From the NCBI GenBank assembly GCA_963728565.1, contig CAVSLC010000023.1, positions 285,427-349,426 on the forward strand: a DNA stretch of 64,000 nt. Reading direction: 5' to 3'. The notes under the pieces were generated by a model that made no database searches, was not told the DNA's origin, and saw only the letters and a program-made list of their open reading frames with translations. The translations under genes were made by a program, and so were the position numbers. Source of the stretch: an uncultured delta proteobacterium (GTDB lineage Bacteria > Desulfobacterota > Binatia > UBA9968). This document shows positions 53,362 to 63,176 of the stretch, one piece after another (within the stretch, counting starts at the first letter, position 1; each line of letters begins with the position of its first letter).

Positions 53362-54204
53362 ATGATGGTATGCCCTTTTGATGAGAGTCGTCTACTGCTC
53401 ATTTTGCAAGTCGACCATTCCAAGGTTACCGGTTGGTTCGCCGCCCATTGGGGCAACGATGACTTTGCGCGGCCAACCCCGTATGCGGCAATGGTGTTAG
53501 CAGCTCAGGAACATGACACCGGTTGGTGGGATTGGGAGATCAAACCCCAGCTCAACAGCGAGGGGTTACCGCCCGACTATATCGGCAGCATCAAACATCT
53601 GGGCGGAAAAGTTTGGCTCGATTTCTATCGCCACGGAATACTGCGCCTCGCCCAACAGGATCCTTTCGCTGGTTACATCGTTTCCTTACATGCGGACGGT
53701 TTGCTGACACAGGGCCGTGGTCTACTGCCTTATATGCCGGACTACGGGATATATCCGGAGGTGGCAGAATTTCTCAGCGAACAGGAGAGTTATCGCGCCG
53801 AGTTGATGAAGCTGCTGAAAGCCTCGGCGGAGTACGCTGACTTTGTCTCAGATGAGCAGCTATGGACCAACTTCAAACTTATGGAAGTCTACGATCAGAT
53901 GGGGCAGTTTGTCTGCAACCGCTACCCCTTAAACAGCACAATTCGCCAGAACGGTCCCAGTAATACAATGAGTAATGTTCCTACTCCGACCAAACCAGGC
54001 AGCGCAGACACGATTCTGAACTTCACCATAAAAGATGAAAGCCGGGCCAGGGTCGAGCCTTACCCGTTTGACATGGATCCGCTCCTCGTCTCATTCCAGG
54101 GCCGTCTGATACCCAAACGCTCCTATGGAACACAGGATGAATTTCTTCAGGAATATTATCGCGCTGAGCGGCTCGCGGTTAACTACTCGTTACACTCGCG
54201 GTAA
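53362..54204 (+). CDS. DUF3891-like protein, copy 3
   Basis: LQVDHSKVTGWFAAHWGN, QEHDTGW, VSLHA, YDQMGQFVCNRYP, PYPF; closest to copy 1. Confidence 0.75.
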   Translation: MMVCPFDESRLLLILQVDHSKVTGWFAAHWGNDDFARPTPYAAMVLAAQEHDTGWWDWEIKPQLNSEGLPPDYIGSIKHLGGKVWLDFYRHGILRLAQQDPFAGYIVSLHADGLLTQGRGLLPYMPDYGIYPEVAEFLSEQESYRAELMKLLKASAEYADFVSDEQLWTNFKLMEVYDQMGQFVCNRYPLNSTIRQNGPSNTMSNVPTPTKPGSADTILNFTIKDESRARVEPYPFDMDPLLVSFQGRLIPKRSYGTQDEFLQEYYRAERLAVNYSLHSR

Positions 54205-54234
54205 CCCACGTCGCGTTCGAAGGAGGAACTCACT

Positions 54235-55281
54235 TTGTTTCGACCATCCAATCCGACAATGCGGATCATCTTTTTTATGGCTATCGTTCTTTGGGCTGGT
54301 TATTTGCCCGGAAAAAGCTTCGGTCAACCGACGCCGACCTACAGGATTAAACTAGCTACCTCAACCGCCGGGCTGGATTTCGCGCCGATCTGGATCGCGC
54401 AGCGGAAGGGCTATTTCAAAGAAGAAGGAATTGAATTCGAACACATCTTGACCACCGGTGGAGCGGTTACCATGGCGGCGCTGATCAACGGTGATGTGCA
54501 GTTCGCGTCAACCGCAGCATCGGATGTTCTCGTCGCCCGGTCCAAGGGCGACCGGTTGTTAGCCCTAGGTATCTTTCCCGCGTCGTTGGAGTGGCACATC
54601 GCCACCACCAACAAATTTTTGGAGTCGCGGGGATTGAGCAAGGGCAAGGTCGAGAAGATGACGGTGCAACAGAAAGTTCAAATGTTGAAGGGAACTACGA
54701 TTGGCGCCGCAACCGTTGGCGGGGCACCAGCGCAAGTTGTCCGATATATTCTTCGGCAGAACAATCTAAGACCGGACTCTGACGTGCGGTTTGCTGCTGT
54801 AGGAGCTGGCACTGCGCGCGTCGGTGCTCTCCGGCAAGGTCAGGTCGAAATGATTGTGGGAGGGATACCCGACACCGAGCAGCCGGAGCTTGAAGGCTGG
54901 GGGATTACCTACATACGGATCGGGCATGAGATCGATGTCTTCAAGGACTATCCGCACGAGTCGATTCATGCCACCGAAGCTTATCTCAAGAACAATGTCG
55001 ATTCGACTCGGGCCCTGCTGCGAGCGGTCGTGCGTGGTAACAATCTGATCCTCGACAACCCCTCAGAATCCGACGAAATCCTGGTAAAGCACTTTCCTAA
55101 AATTAGTCCGTCAGTTCTTCGAACAGTGATGGCGCGGAGTCGCGCGACGTTCCGACGAGATATGAAGATGACCAAGTCCGGATGGGATAACATGCACAAA
55201 GTTTTCATTTCCGTAGGCCTGCTTAAGAGCGATCTGAATACCGCGGAAGGCGAATTCTGGACTAACAAGTACTTACCGTAA
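54235..55281 (+). CDS. NitT/TauT ABC solute-binding protein
   Basis: AGGAGG RBS, APIWIAQRKGYFKEEGI, LKGTTIG, FWTNKYL. Confidence 0.9.
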   Translation: MFRPSNPTMRIIFFMAIVLWAGYLPGKSFGQPTPTYRIKLATSTAGLDFAPIWIAQRKGYFKEEGIEFEHILTTGGAVTMAALINGDVQFASTAASDVLVARSKGDRLLALGIFPASLEWHIATTNKFLESRGLSKGKVEKMTVQQKVQMLKGTTIGAATVGGAPAQVVRYILRQNNLRPDSDVRFAAVGAGTARVGALRQGQVEMIVGGIPDTEQPELEGWGITYIRIGHEIDVFKDYPHESIHATEAYLKNNVDSTRALLRAVVRGNNLILDNPSESDEILVKHFPKISPSVLRTVMARSRATFRRDMKMTKSGWDNMHKVFISVGLLKSDLNTAEGEFWTNKYLP

Positions 55282-55318
55282 CGAGCCCGCCACCGGCTGG
55301 AGAGCGATCAGCTAGATC

Positions 55319-56176
55319 ATGGAAGTGGAAGACAGCACGCGAAGCGATTCAAGCCAAGAAGCCGCTACTACGTTTCACCCCGAATTACGAAAAAGCACCT
55401 TGTTCCGCAGCCCGGGCTTTCTCGTTGTACTACCCGGTTTGATCACGGTGATCGGTTGGGAAATTCTGGCCTGGCGCTGGCCCATCGTAGCCAAACTGGT
55501 AAGTCGCCCTAGTGATGTGACGCGAGGCGTCGTTCATGTTGTTTGGACGGGCGAGATCTGGCAACACCTCGAAGCGACGCTCACCGAAATGGCGGTGGGT
55601 TATCTAATCGGTGCGCTTAGTGGCGTGAGCCTGGGCTTCCTATTCGGGCGTGTGAAACTTCTGGGCGATATTTTTAACCCGTACATTTCTCTTTTCAACG
55701 GCATACCAAAAGTCGCGTTGGCCCCGGTGTTTGTGATTTGGTTTGGTATCGGCCTGATGTCCAAGATCGCGATTATCATGACCATGGTATTCTTCGTCGT
55801 ATTTATAAATACTTTCGCTGGGCTTCGATCGATTAATGAGGAGTACGTCTCGATTACACGCATTATGGGCGCTTCGCGCTGGCAAGTTGTACGTGAGGTT
55901 TTTTTGCCGGCGACCCTGCCATTCATTCTTGTCGGCCTACGGGCAGGCATACCCTTTTCGGTTATCGGCGCCGTTGTCGGTGAATTCATTGCCGCAACCA
56001 AAGGACTTGGGTATTTCATCAATTATCACCAGGGCACGTTTGACACCAATGGAATCTTTGTCGGTGTCGCCATTCTAGCGGGGCTTGTAGTCGTGCTCGA
56101 TGGCCTCCTTTCGATAGTAGAGCGTCGCCTGCTCAAATGGCGGCCTGAGGTTGAAGCCAAAAATGTCAGCGCTTAA
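55319..56176 (+). CDS. NitT/TauT ABC transporter permease
   Basis: IPKVALAPVFVIWFGIG, RIMGASRWQ, GAVVGEF...GLG. Confidence 0.94.
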   Translation: MEVEDSTRSDSSQEAATTFHPELRKSTLFRSPGFLVVLPGLITVIGWEILAWRWPIVAKLVSRPSDVTRGVVHVVWTGEIWQHLEATLTEMAVGYLIGALSGVSLGFLFGRVKLLGDIFNPYISLFNGIPKVALAPVFVIWFGIGLMSKIAIIMTMVFFVVFINTFAGLRSINEEYVSITRIMGASRWQVVREVFLPATLPFILVGLRAGIPFSVIGAVVGEFIAATKGLGYFINYHQGTFDTNGIFVGVAILAGLVVVLDGLLSIVERRLLKWRPEVEAKNVSA

Positions 56177-56239
56177 GCAGCACAAAAGCCTCTCGTTTGC
56201 CGAAGGACTCGTCTAGCTCCAATGCGGTAATGTATTCAG

Positions 56240-57010
56240 ATGGATCCAATTATCGAGCTTTCCAAAGTCACAAAAACCTATCGGTCCAAAGGTAAGGCCG
56301 TACTGGCTCTCAAAGATGTAAATCTTCCGGTGGAACGGGGCTCGTTTACGACGCTAATCGGACCCAGCGGGTGCGGCAAAAGCACACTACTTAAAATCAT
56401 CGCGGGAATTGCGTTGCCCTATGAAGGACGCATGCGCTACAAGGATCGGGAAATCACTTCGATCAACACCGATATCGGCTTTGTTACCCAAGACAGCAAT
56501 CTTTTCCCCTGGTTGACGCTCATCCAGAACGTCGAACTTGCACTCAAGATTCGCGGCGTAGCACGGGATCAGAGAAAAAGAACCGCGCAAAAATATATCG
56601 ACACGATGCAGCTGAGCGGTTTTGAGAGCCACTATCCCTTCGAACTGTCCGGCGGAATGCAGAAACGCGGTTCGATTATCCGAACATTGATATATGATCC
56701 AGAAATCATTTTGATGGATGAACCCTTCGGCCCGCTAGATGCGCAAACGCGTATGGTCTTGCAAGACGAACTATTACGAATCTGGGATTCAAACAAAAAA
56801 ACTATCCTATTTGTTACTCACGATTTAACCGAGGCTATCGCGCTGTCAGATAAAGTAGTCCTATTTACCAGCCGTCCCGGCACGGTGAAGCGAGTGTTCG
56901 ATGTGCCGTTAGCGCGGCCCCGAAACGTTTTTGAAATTCACAATGAAAAAGGGTTTACTGAGATCTATCATGAGATCTGGCAATACTTCAAAAACGAAAT
57001 CACCATATAA
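56240..57010 (+). CDS. NitT/TauT ABC transporter ATP-binding protein
   Basis: GPSGCGKST, LSGGMQKR, LMDEPFGPLD, FVTHD. Confidence 0.96.
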   Translation: MDPIIELSKVTKTYRSKGKAVLALKDVNLPVERGSFTTLIGPSGCGKSTLLKIIAGIALPYEGRMRYKDREITSINTDIGFVTQDSNLFPWLTLIQNVELALKIRGVARDQRKRTAQKYIDTMQLSGFESHYPFELSGGMQKRGSIIRTLIYDPEIILMDEPFGPLDAQTRMVLQDELLRIWDSNKKTILFVTHDLTEAIALSDKVVLFTSRPGTVKRVFDVPLARPRNVFEIHNEKGFTEIYHEIWQYFKNEITI

Positions 57011-57023
57011 AGGATAGAAAGCT

Positions 57024-57338
57024 ATGTGGTACATCGTACTCTCGCGTTCAAAGCCTGAAATGCAAGACGATAAGCAAAATCACTACGACGAGCATCGTCT
57101 TTGGCTCGAGGAACAACATAAAAACGGCAGGTTGTTGTTTTCCGGCCCGACCAGTGATGGAGCCTATGGCATTTACATCATGCTGGCGGCAAGTCTTGAT
57201 GAAGCTCGCTCGATCGCGGCCCAAGACTCCCACCACCGTCGCGGAATCCGCACTATGGAAGTGCTCGAATGGAATCCGCGCCGGGCATTCCGTATGGATA
57301 AGTATACGATCGAGGATATTGAGGATATGGCGGGGTGA
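57024..57338 (+). CDS. YciI family protein
   Basis: EHRLWL...GRLLFSGP...ASLDEARSIAAQD pattern; about 100 aa. Confidence 0.8.
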   Translation: MWYIVLSRSKPEMQDDKQNHYDEHRLWLEEQHKNGRLLFSGPTSDGAYGIYIMLAASLDEARSIAAQDSHHRRGIRTMEVLEWNPRRAFRMDKYTIEDIEDMAG

Positions 57339-57586
57339 GCCTTCGGATGTGCGTGTACGCACGGCAGCTCAATCTGTTTTTAGGTAGCGCACCATCAGAG
57401 TGTAACTACTTTTCGCGTGTAAATATGAAACGCCCTATTGTCGTCGACAGCTGATTTAGCGAAAATTCCCATGGCAAATGTTTGCTAACCCGTGACATTA
57501 CACATTCTTGTCTTTGATCAGATTCTTTGCTCGGGCCAATGCATGTACCGAACTGATTACCAATCGCACGTTCACTTGGCCCAGAG

Positions 57587-57615
57587 TTGACACTGCACCA
57601 TTCTAGCAATACAAG
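57587..57615 (+). promoter_or_regulatory. Putative sigma70 promoter upstream of the last sub-operon
   Basis: TTGACA-N17-TACAAG in a ~430-bp intergenic gap. Confidence 0.4.
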
Positions 57616-57767
57616 GGCAATGTTATTCACTTCGCGGTCAATGATAGGCCAGCTACGTTAGTGGCTTGATCCTACCACTTAATAAAAGTTCTTGGAGTGC
57701 CCAATTACCCTTATGGAACCTAACCGCATTTCCATCGTCCGGGATTGCGATTTCGCAGAGAGGAACA

Positions 57768-58790
57768 ATGAGGAAAATTTTGTTTATTATAGGCTTTGTC
57801 GTGGTGATCGGATTTTCGTCCGCCTCCGCTCAAGAGCCAAACTTTGACAGTAAAACCGTAAGAATAGTGGTTGGTTTTTCAGCCGGGGGCGGTTTTGATG
57901 TGTACGCACGCACCATAGCTCGTCACATGGGCAAGTACCTGCCGGGGAAGCCAACAATCATCGTGGAGAACATGCCCGGTGCGGGTAGTTTGATCGCGGC
58001 TAATCACACGTACAACCAAGCGAAACCTGATGGCCTTACAATCGGTCATTTTATAGGTGGTGTTGTGGTCGGGCAGCTTCTGGGAAATGCCAGCGCGCAG
58101 TTCGACTCGCGAAGATTCGAATGGCTTGGAGCCCCAGCTAAACTGGATGCGGTCTGTGCGGTGACCAAAGCCACAGGCATTACCGATCTAGGTGCGTGGA
58201 TGAACGCCAACACTCCTGTCAAACTCGGAGCTACTGGCCCTGGTTCTGAAACTTACGACGTTCCAAGAGTGCTTCAGAGTGCACTCGGTCTTCCCATGCA
58301 GATTGTCTCTGGATACAAGGGTACAGCGGATATCCGCCTTGCCGCCGAAACTGGTGAAATCGGCGGGTTATGCTGGGGCTGGGAGGTAATGAAGTCGCAG
58401 TGGAGCAAAGCTCTTGAAAGCGGGGATGCGCGCATCCTAATTCAGGCTGTACCAAAGGCGCAGGCGGATCTAGAAAAGATACCTGTGGCGATGGATCTGG
58501 CGAAAACAGAAGATGCAAAACAACTGATCCAGATCGGTATCCATGACCAGAGCGCGATTCTTCGTCCTTTTGCATTGCCGCCGGGCACGCCCAAAGGAAT
58601 TGTCAAATTTATGCAGCAAGCATTCCGACAAACTATGAAGGATTCCGAATTTCTTGCCGAAATAAAGCAGGCAAAACTCGGACTGGATCCAGTAGAACCA
58701 GCCGAGATCGAAAGAATTGTCGCTGGTATGTCCAAGCTCGATCCGCGACTGGCAGCAAAACTTAGAGAGATCTTGGGTATCAAAAAGTAG
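57768..58790 (+). CDS. Bug/TctC substrate-binding protein
   Basis: GAGG RBS, signal peptide, GFSAGGGFD, ENMPGAGS, KPDGLT, PPGTP. Confidence 0.92.
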   Translation: MRKILFIIGFVVVIGFSSASAQEPNFDSKTVRIVVGFSAGGGFDVYARTIARHMGKYLPGKPTIIVENMPGAGSLIAANHTYNQAKPDGLTIGHFIGGVVVGQLLGNASAQFDSRRFEWLGAPAKLDAVCAVTKATGITDLGAWMNANTPVKLGATGPGSETYDVPRVLQSALGLPMQIVSGYKGTADIRLAAETGEIGGLCWGWEVMKSQWSKALESGDARILIQAVPKAQADLEKIPVAMDLAKTEDAKQLIQIGIHDQSAILRPFALPPGTPKGIVKFMQQAFRQTMKDSEFLAEIKQAKLGLDPVEPAEIERIVAGMSKLDPRLAAKLREILGIKK

Positions 58791-58797
58791 AGTGATC

Positions 58798-61078
58798 ATG
58801 CCAGAAAATCCCTCAGCTGCTGTAGGAATTAGTAGCACGCGGCAGGACGCCATTGAGAAAGTTACCGGACAAGCAAAGTACACTGGCGACTTTGCGTTTC
58901 CCGGCCTACTTGAAGGGAAGGCGCTTCGCAGCATCTTTCCTCATGCACTGATTGAATCAGTCGACACCCAGAGGGCCGAATCTCTAGATGGAGTTGTGGC
59001 GATCCTTACGCGTGACGACCTCAAAGACATCGACCCTTTCTACGGTCACTGCTTGCGCGACCGACCACTGATCGCAATCGATCACGTCCGGTACGTGGGT
59101 GAACCAGTAGCAGTCGTGGCGGCAGAGAATGGGGAAATTGCAGACGAAGCACTCTCCCTTATAGAGGTTCGCTATAAAGAACTTCCAGTTTTGGCAACTG
59201 TTGAGGATGCGCTAAGTGAAGGCAGTCCCGATTTTACATGAGAGCGTGGCCGGTGTCGGCGAATTTCATGAGATGGGCGGAGTCGGAGAGCAGAGAAGAT
59301 CGAACGTGTGCCACCACGAGCATTTCGAGAAGGGAGACATTGTCAAAGGCTTGCGAGAGGCAGATGAGATCATTGAAGAGTCGTACGAGTTTCCAATGAT
59401 CTATCATTACACTATGGAGCCGCATACCACCGTTGCAAAGTATGATCAGCAAGGGATAACCCTGTGGACTTCTTCTGCACATCCGTTTCTAGTCAGAGCT
59501 GAGATTGCGCATATGTTTGGTTTGCCGCACTCCAAGGTTGAAGTTGTCGTCCCTTATGTCGGCGGCGCCTTCGGTGGAAAATCATACTTTAAGATCGAAC
59601 CTATGGTTGTTGCGATGGCGAGAAAGACATGTGGGCGGCCGGTCCGCATCGCCCAAAGCGTTGCCGAATCGATGCTGACTATCCGTAGGCATTCCGCTAA
59701 ATGTCGGATCAAAACAGGCGTTAAGCGAGACGGCACCATAACCGCCCGTGAGGCTGAAGTCGTGATGGACACCGGAGCATACGCGGATAATGGCCCACGC
59801 GTCGCGAAGCGAGCTGCAAACCGCATTCACGGCCCATATAGAATTAAGAACTGCAGGATTGATGTTATGGCGGTTTACACCAACACCGTGCCTGCTGGTT
59901 CGATGCGTTCCATCGGCGGTCCGCAGACGATCTGGCCGCTCGAATCGCATATGGATGTCATCGCCGAACGGATCAATCTCGATCCTCTAGCTTTTCGGCT
60001 GGAAAATCTCCTTAAGCCTGGCGAAGAACTGAGGGCCGGGTCAAAAGCTATGGATGCAGATCTTGCAGTTGGACTCAAAAAAGCTGCCGCGAGTATCGGA
60101 TGGGGTAAGACCAAGACCGGCGGCAACAGAGGCTTGGGAATCGCAATCGGTGTCACTGACTCCGAAGCGATGCCTGTTTCGGTGGCCCTCGTGCGATTAC
60201 TTGCGGATGGCAGCGTCATGGTTCTGGCTGGCAGCACCGAAGTTGGTCAGGGCACGCGCACGGTGTTGAGCCAGATAGCGGCGGAAGAGTTGGACGTGCC
60301 AGTTGAGCAGGTCACGATGCACGGCACCAATACCAACTCTACGCCATTTGACCGCTCGACGGGCGCAAGTCGTTCCACCACCGTAATGGGAAACGCAGTA
60401 AGATCTGCGGCACGAGAACTAAGGCAACAAATCATCGAAGCAGCAGCAGAAGTCCTTCACGTACAACGAGAGAATATCAAGCTCGCAGATGGGGAAGTCA
60501 TTTGCGGTGAGAAGCGAGTTCCATACGGCAAGATTGTCGGTCTGTATTTCGGAATGCCCGGCGGGGAACTCATAGGTCGCGGCTACATTCGACCGGGCGG
60601 GGGTATGGACACCCAGTTGCCGGTATTCTGGGAGACCGGAATGGGTAGTGTGGATTTAACGGTGGATCACGAGACGGGTTCTGTAAAACTCAACCGGTAT
60701 ATAAGTATCGCGGACGTCGGGAAGGCGATTAATCCCGCTCAGTGCGAAGCTCAGGATGAAGGTGCCGCAATCCAAGGCCTGGGGCACACGATATTTGAAT
60801 CACTGCTCTATAACAACGGCCAGCTTTTAAATCCCAACCTAGTTGATTACCGCGTGCCATTTATAACCGATCTCCCTACGGTCTTTGAATCACATCTAAT
60901 CGAGAACAGAGATGGACCCGGACCTTACGGCGCTAAGGGGATGGGCGAGTCCGGCATCGTTTCCATTGCGCCGGCAATCGGCAACGCGATTGCCCGAGCG
61001 ACGGGGGTGAGGATCCGTAAGCTGCCATTAACGCCAGAACAGGTGTGGCGTGCCCTCCGAAATGCCGGGCGCCTGTAG
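58798..61078 (+). CDS. Xanthine dehydrogenase family Mo-binding subunit, copy 4, frameshift near 59220
   Basis: RQDAIEKVTGQAKY (58717 ORF) joins ORF 59216-61078: GGAFGGK, GSMRSIG, EVGQG, AKGMGE. Confidence 0.9.
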
Positions 61079-61187
61079 GAGTGAGTACTGTTTGCGAAGT
61101 GATGATTAGTAGGAGAGCAGAATATAAACATCGGGTTGGTACCAAGATAGGTCTATTTGGCCTGTCACGTATATCTAGTCACGGAGT

Positions 61188-62201
61188 TTGTCTATGAAAG
61201 TTGGTGTTCAACTCAACCCTCAGGTTTCCGTCGATAAGCCTGCCGCATCGCTTATGCCGACGCTAATCGACCAGGTACGCATCGCCGATCAGAGCGGTTT
61301 TCATGCGTTTTCAATGGGCGAGCATTACAACATACCCGGCCTACAGCGTTTACACCAAGTTCCTGCGCTGGCGCGCCTTTGTGCCGAGGCGAAGAATTGC
61401 GAGGTGGGCACGGCCGTCATGCTGCTTGGTTTGCGCCATCCGGTCACCGTGGCGACCGAACTTGCAAGTCTCGATGTCATTAACGATGGTAAATCTTTCG
61501 CGGCTTTCGGTCTAGGTTATCGCGATGAGGAACTTAACGCCTTCGACCTAAGTAAGTCGCAACGATTTGGCCGGTTCGTTGAGGGAGTGGAGATCATCAA
61601 GCGGCTCTGGACTGAGGATCACGTCACCTTCGAGGGTAAGCAATTTCAGATCAAAGATGTAACCGTCGATCCTAAACCAATCCAAAAGCTGCGACCGCCC
61701 ATCTGGATTGCCGCCAATTCCGATGCCGCCGTCGAACGTGCCGCAAGAATTGGGGACGGCTGGATCATTGGCCCACATTCAGCTATCGATGAACTTGAGC
61801 GACAGGTCGATCTCTTTCGCAAGGCTTGGACGCGCACGGGCAAGACAGAAAAACCAGTCACGCCTATAATTCGCGAGACGTTCGTCGCCAAAAACCGTCA
61901 GCTAGCTGTGGAGAAGGCGCGCCCGTGTCTAGAACAGTTGTACCGCTCAATCTACGTCAAATGGAAACAGAATGAGGCGATGAGCGATCCCAGCGAGCTC
62001 GGATGGGCTTTCGATCGACTAGCGAAAAATCGATTTATTTTGGGATCCCCGGAGGAATGCATCGATCAAATCAAGGAATACGAAAGTCGTCTCGGAACAA
62101 ATTACATTTTGGTGCGGTTCGACTGGACACCTGGTTTACCGCAGGAAGAGATACTTCAATCAATGCGTTTGTTCGGTGAAAAGGTGATCCAGAAACTTTA
62201 A
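61188..62201 (+). CDS. LLM class (luciferase-like) flavin-dependent oxidoreductase
   Basis: GFHAFSMGEHY, HPVTVATELASLD, GLGYRDEE, RPPIWIA, AARIGDG, ILGSPEEC. Confidence 0.92.
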   Translation: MSMKVGVQLNPQVSVDKPAASLMPTLIDQVRIADQSGFHAFSMGEHYNIPGLQRLHQVPALARLCAEAKNCEVGTAVMLLGLRHPVTVATELASLDVINDGKSFAAFGLGYRDEELNAFDLSKSQRFGRFVEGVEIIKRLWTEDHVTFEGKQFQIKDVTVDPKPIQKLRPPIWIAANSDAAVERAARIGDGWIIGPHSAIDELERQVDLFRKAWTRTGKTEKPVTPIIRETFVAKNRQLAVEKARPCLEQLYRSIYVKWKQNEAMSDPSELGWAFDRLAKNRFILGSPEECIDQIKEYESRLGTNYILVRFDWTPGLPQEEILQSMRLFGEKVIQKL

Positions 62202-62225
62202 GATACCCGGGTGAAAGAATACACG

Positions 62226-63176
62226 ATGAAACAGATTCTGGTGTTCCTCTTGTTCATGCTTTCTTTTGTAGGCGGTGCGCAATCCGATGCACAAGCGAAG
62301 ATCGTGGTCGGAGTTTCCTCCGTAAATGTCGCGTTTCTTCCGCTTTATGTGACTATCGAGAAAGGCTTTTTCAAGGATGAAGGGTTGGACGTCGTCCCGG
62401 TGATGTTCAACTCGGGTACGACAAACCTTCAATCGCTCATCGGTGGTGATGTTCAGATTATTGCATCATCCGTCGCTGAACCTGTACTCGGTCGGGCAAC
62501 GGGAGTAGATGTGAAAGTTTTCTGGGGTATTTGTAACTTGATGCCTTTTGAGCTTTACTCGCAGCCCAAGCTAACCTCCATGAAAGAAGCCAAGGGGAAA
62601 AGGTTCGCGATTAGTCGTTTTGGTGCTCTTTCAGATTTTTTAACTCGCGCCAGCCTGCTCCATTTTGGTATCGATCCCAAGGAAGTGACGATACTGCAAA
62701 TCGGCAGCACTCCTGCCCGCTTTGCTGCGCTAAGCTCTGGAGGTGTGGACGCCAGCATTATCTGGTTTCCTGTGACGGAACAGGCAAAGGCCATGGGATA
62801 TCGTAAGCTGTTCGATCTGAAGGAGATGTATCCCGAATGGCCCTACGAAATCTTCGCTGCTCGCGAGTCATGGCTTTCCAAAGAAAGAGATCAGGCTCTC
62901 CGGTTTATTCGGGCTTATCAGAAGGGAACGCGTTGGACCCGCGAAAACCGCGATGAAGCGATTAGAGTGCTGCGTAAGTACGTCAAAATGGATCCGGCCG
63001 TGGCTCCCCAAGGCTATGATCTTTATCGAGACTCCTTCCCAATCGACGGAAAAATAGCCGAAAATGGAATCGGCATTGTGGCTGACCAGGAGTTCGAGCA
63101 AGGCAGAGTTAAGAAAAGGATTACAGTCGCTGACATGCTTGACCGCTCGTTCATGCTGACTTTAGACAGGAAGTAG
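62226..63176 (+). CDS. NitT/TauT ABC solute-binding protein
   Basis: Signal peptide, LPLYVTIEKGFFKDEGL, KGKRFAISRFG, ARFAAL. Confidence 0.9.
   Translation: MKQILVFLLFMLSFVGGAQSDAQAKIVVGVSSVNVAFLPLYVTIEKGFFKDEGLDVVPVMFNSGTTNLQSLIGGDVQIIASSVAEPVLGRATGVDVKVFWGICNLMPFELYSQPKLTSMKEAKGKRFAISRFGALSDFLTRASLLHFGIDPKEVTILQIGSTPARFAALSSGGVDASIIWFPVTEQAKAMGYRKLFDLKEMYPEWPYEIFAARESWLSKERDQALRFIRAYQKGTRWTRENRDEAIRVLRKYVKMDPAVAPQGYDLYRDSFPIDGKIAENGIGIVADQEFEQGRVKKRITVADMLDRSFMLTLDRK

Noticed and set aside
15294-61078. Aerobic CO dehydrogenase (coxMSL)
   Set aside because: No large subunit has the AYxCSFR signature and no coxDEFG accessory genes are present.
42800-61078. Programmed frameshifting or selenocysteine readthrough in Mo subunits
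   Set aside because: The breaks fall at different positions in close paralogues, with no shared slippery site or in-frame TGA at a catalytic position.
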